Assembly: GCA_025201805.1 (NCBI GenBank)
Contig: MU619408.1
Span: forward strand, 1 to 33,537
DNA length: 33,537 nucleotides
Reading direction: 5' to 3'
Source: Parasitella parasitica NRRL 2501
Lineage: Eukaryota > Fungi > Mucoromycota
The position numbers were made by a program, and so were the translations under genes. The notes below the pieces were generated by a model, which was given only the letters and a program-made list of their open reading frames with translations, was not told the origin of the DNA and did no database searches. Of the stretch, positions 33,316 to 33,537 are shown in pieces (position 1 is the first letter of the stretch; each line of letters begins with the position of its first letter).

Positions 33316-33379
33316 GCAGAAAATGCGCAGAAAATGCTCAGCAAATGCGTAGAAAATGCTCAGCAAATGCGCACCAAAT
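33316..33379. repeat. 11-bp tandem repeat (GCAGAAAATGC / TCAGCAAATGC, ~6 copies) with 22-bp higher-order alternation
   Basis: Units read directly at 33316, 33327, 33338, 33349, 33360 and 33371. Confidence 0.85.
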
Positions 33380-33537
33380 TGAGATTATGTTAAGAACAAC
33401 ATGCAATTGCGCATAGTATAAATAAGCTTGTTGAATGATTTATTTCGATTTCTCTTTATTTCTTATTTCATTTTTATCATCAATTCAACCCAAATAAAAA
33501 ATGCCAGGACGAAGAAGTAATTGATTAAAATAATAAT

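Noticed and set aside
33240-33317. Helitron 3' end (hairpin plus CTAG)
   Set aside because: The CTAG is ~40 nt from the hairpin and is not followed by T.

Overview
Eukaryotic, AT-rich, intron-containing fungal DNA. The short 46-115 nt introns, gene content and Tubby gene point to Mucorales (Mucor/Rhizopus-like). It is a scaffold with a 561-N gap at 27611-28171. I reconstructed 13 protein genes by hand: PP2C (Ptc2/3), Tad2, Rnr1, an AIG2/GGCT-like gene missed by the ORF track, an orphan coiled-coil/Cys4 protein, DUF3844/Vps3844, a single-Myb factor, Acl4, kinesin-4, a low-complexity orphan, Tubby, a secreted Cys-rich tandem-repeat protein and TBCC. There is also a tRNA-Trp(CCA) and an intron-retaining, multiply disabled cardiolipin synthase (CRD1) pseudogene in apparently intergenic DNA. 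The most notable observations are the 42-aa six-Cys repeat protein (its signal peptide joins the body only through a 29-nt micro-intron or a frameshift), the CRD1 pseudogene, a ~190-nt nested fold-back upstream of TAD2, loop-1 substitutions in Rnr1 and two GC-AG introns. All calls come from manual reading and recalled family motifs. No searches or folding programs were run.
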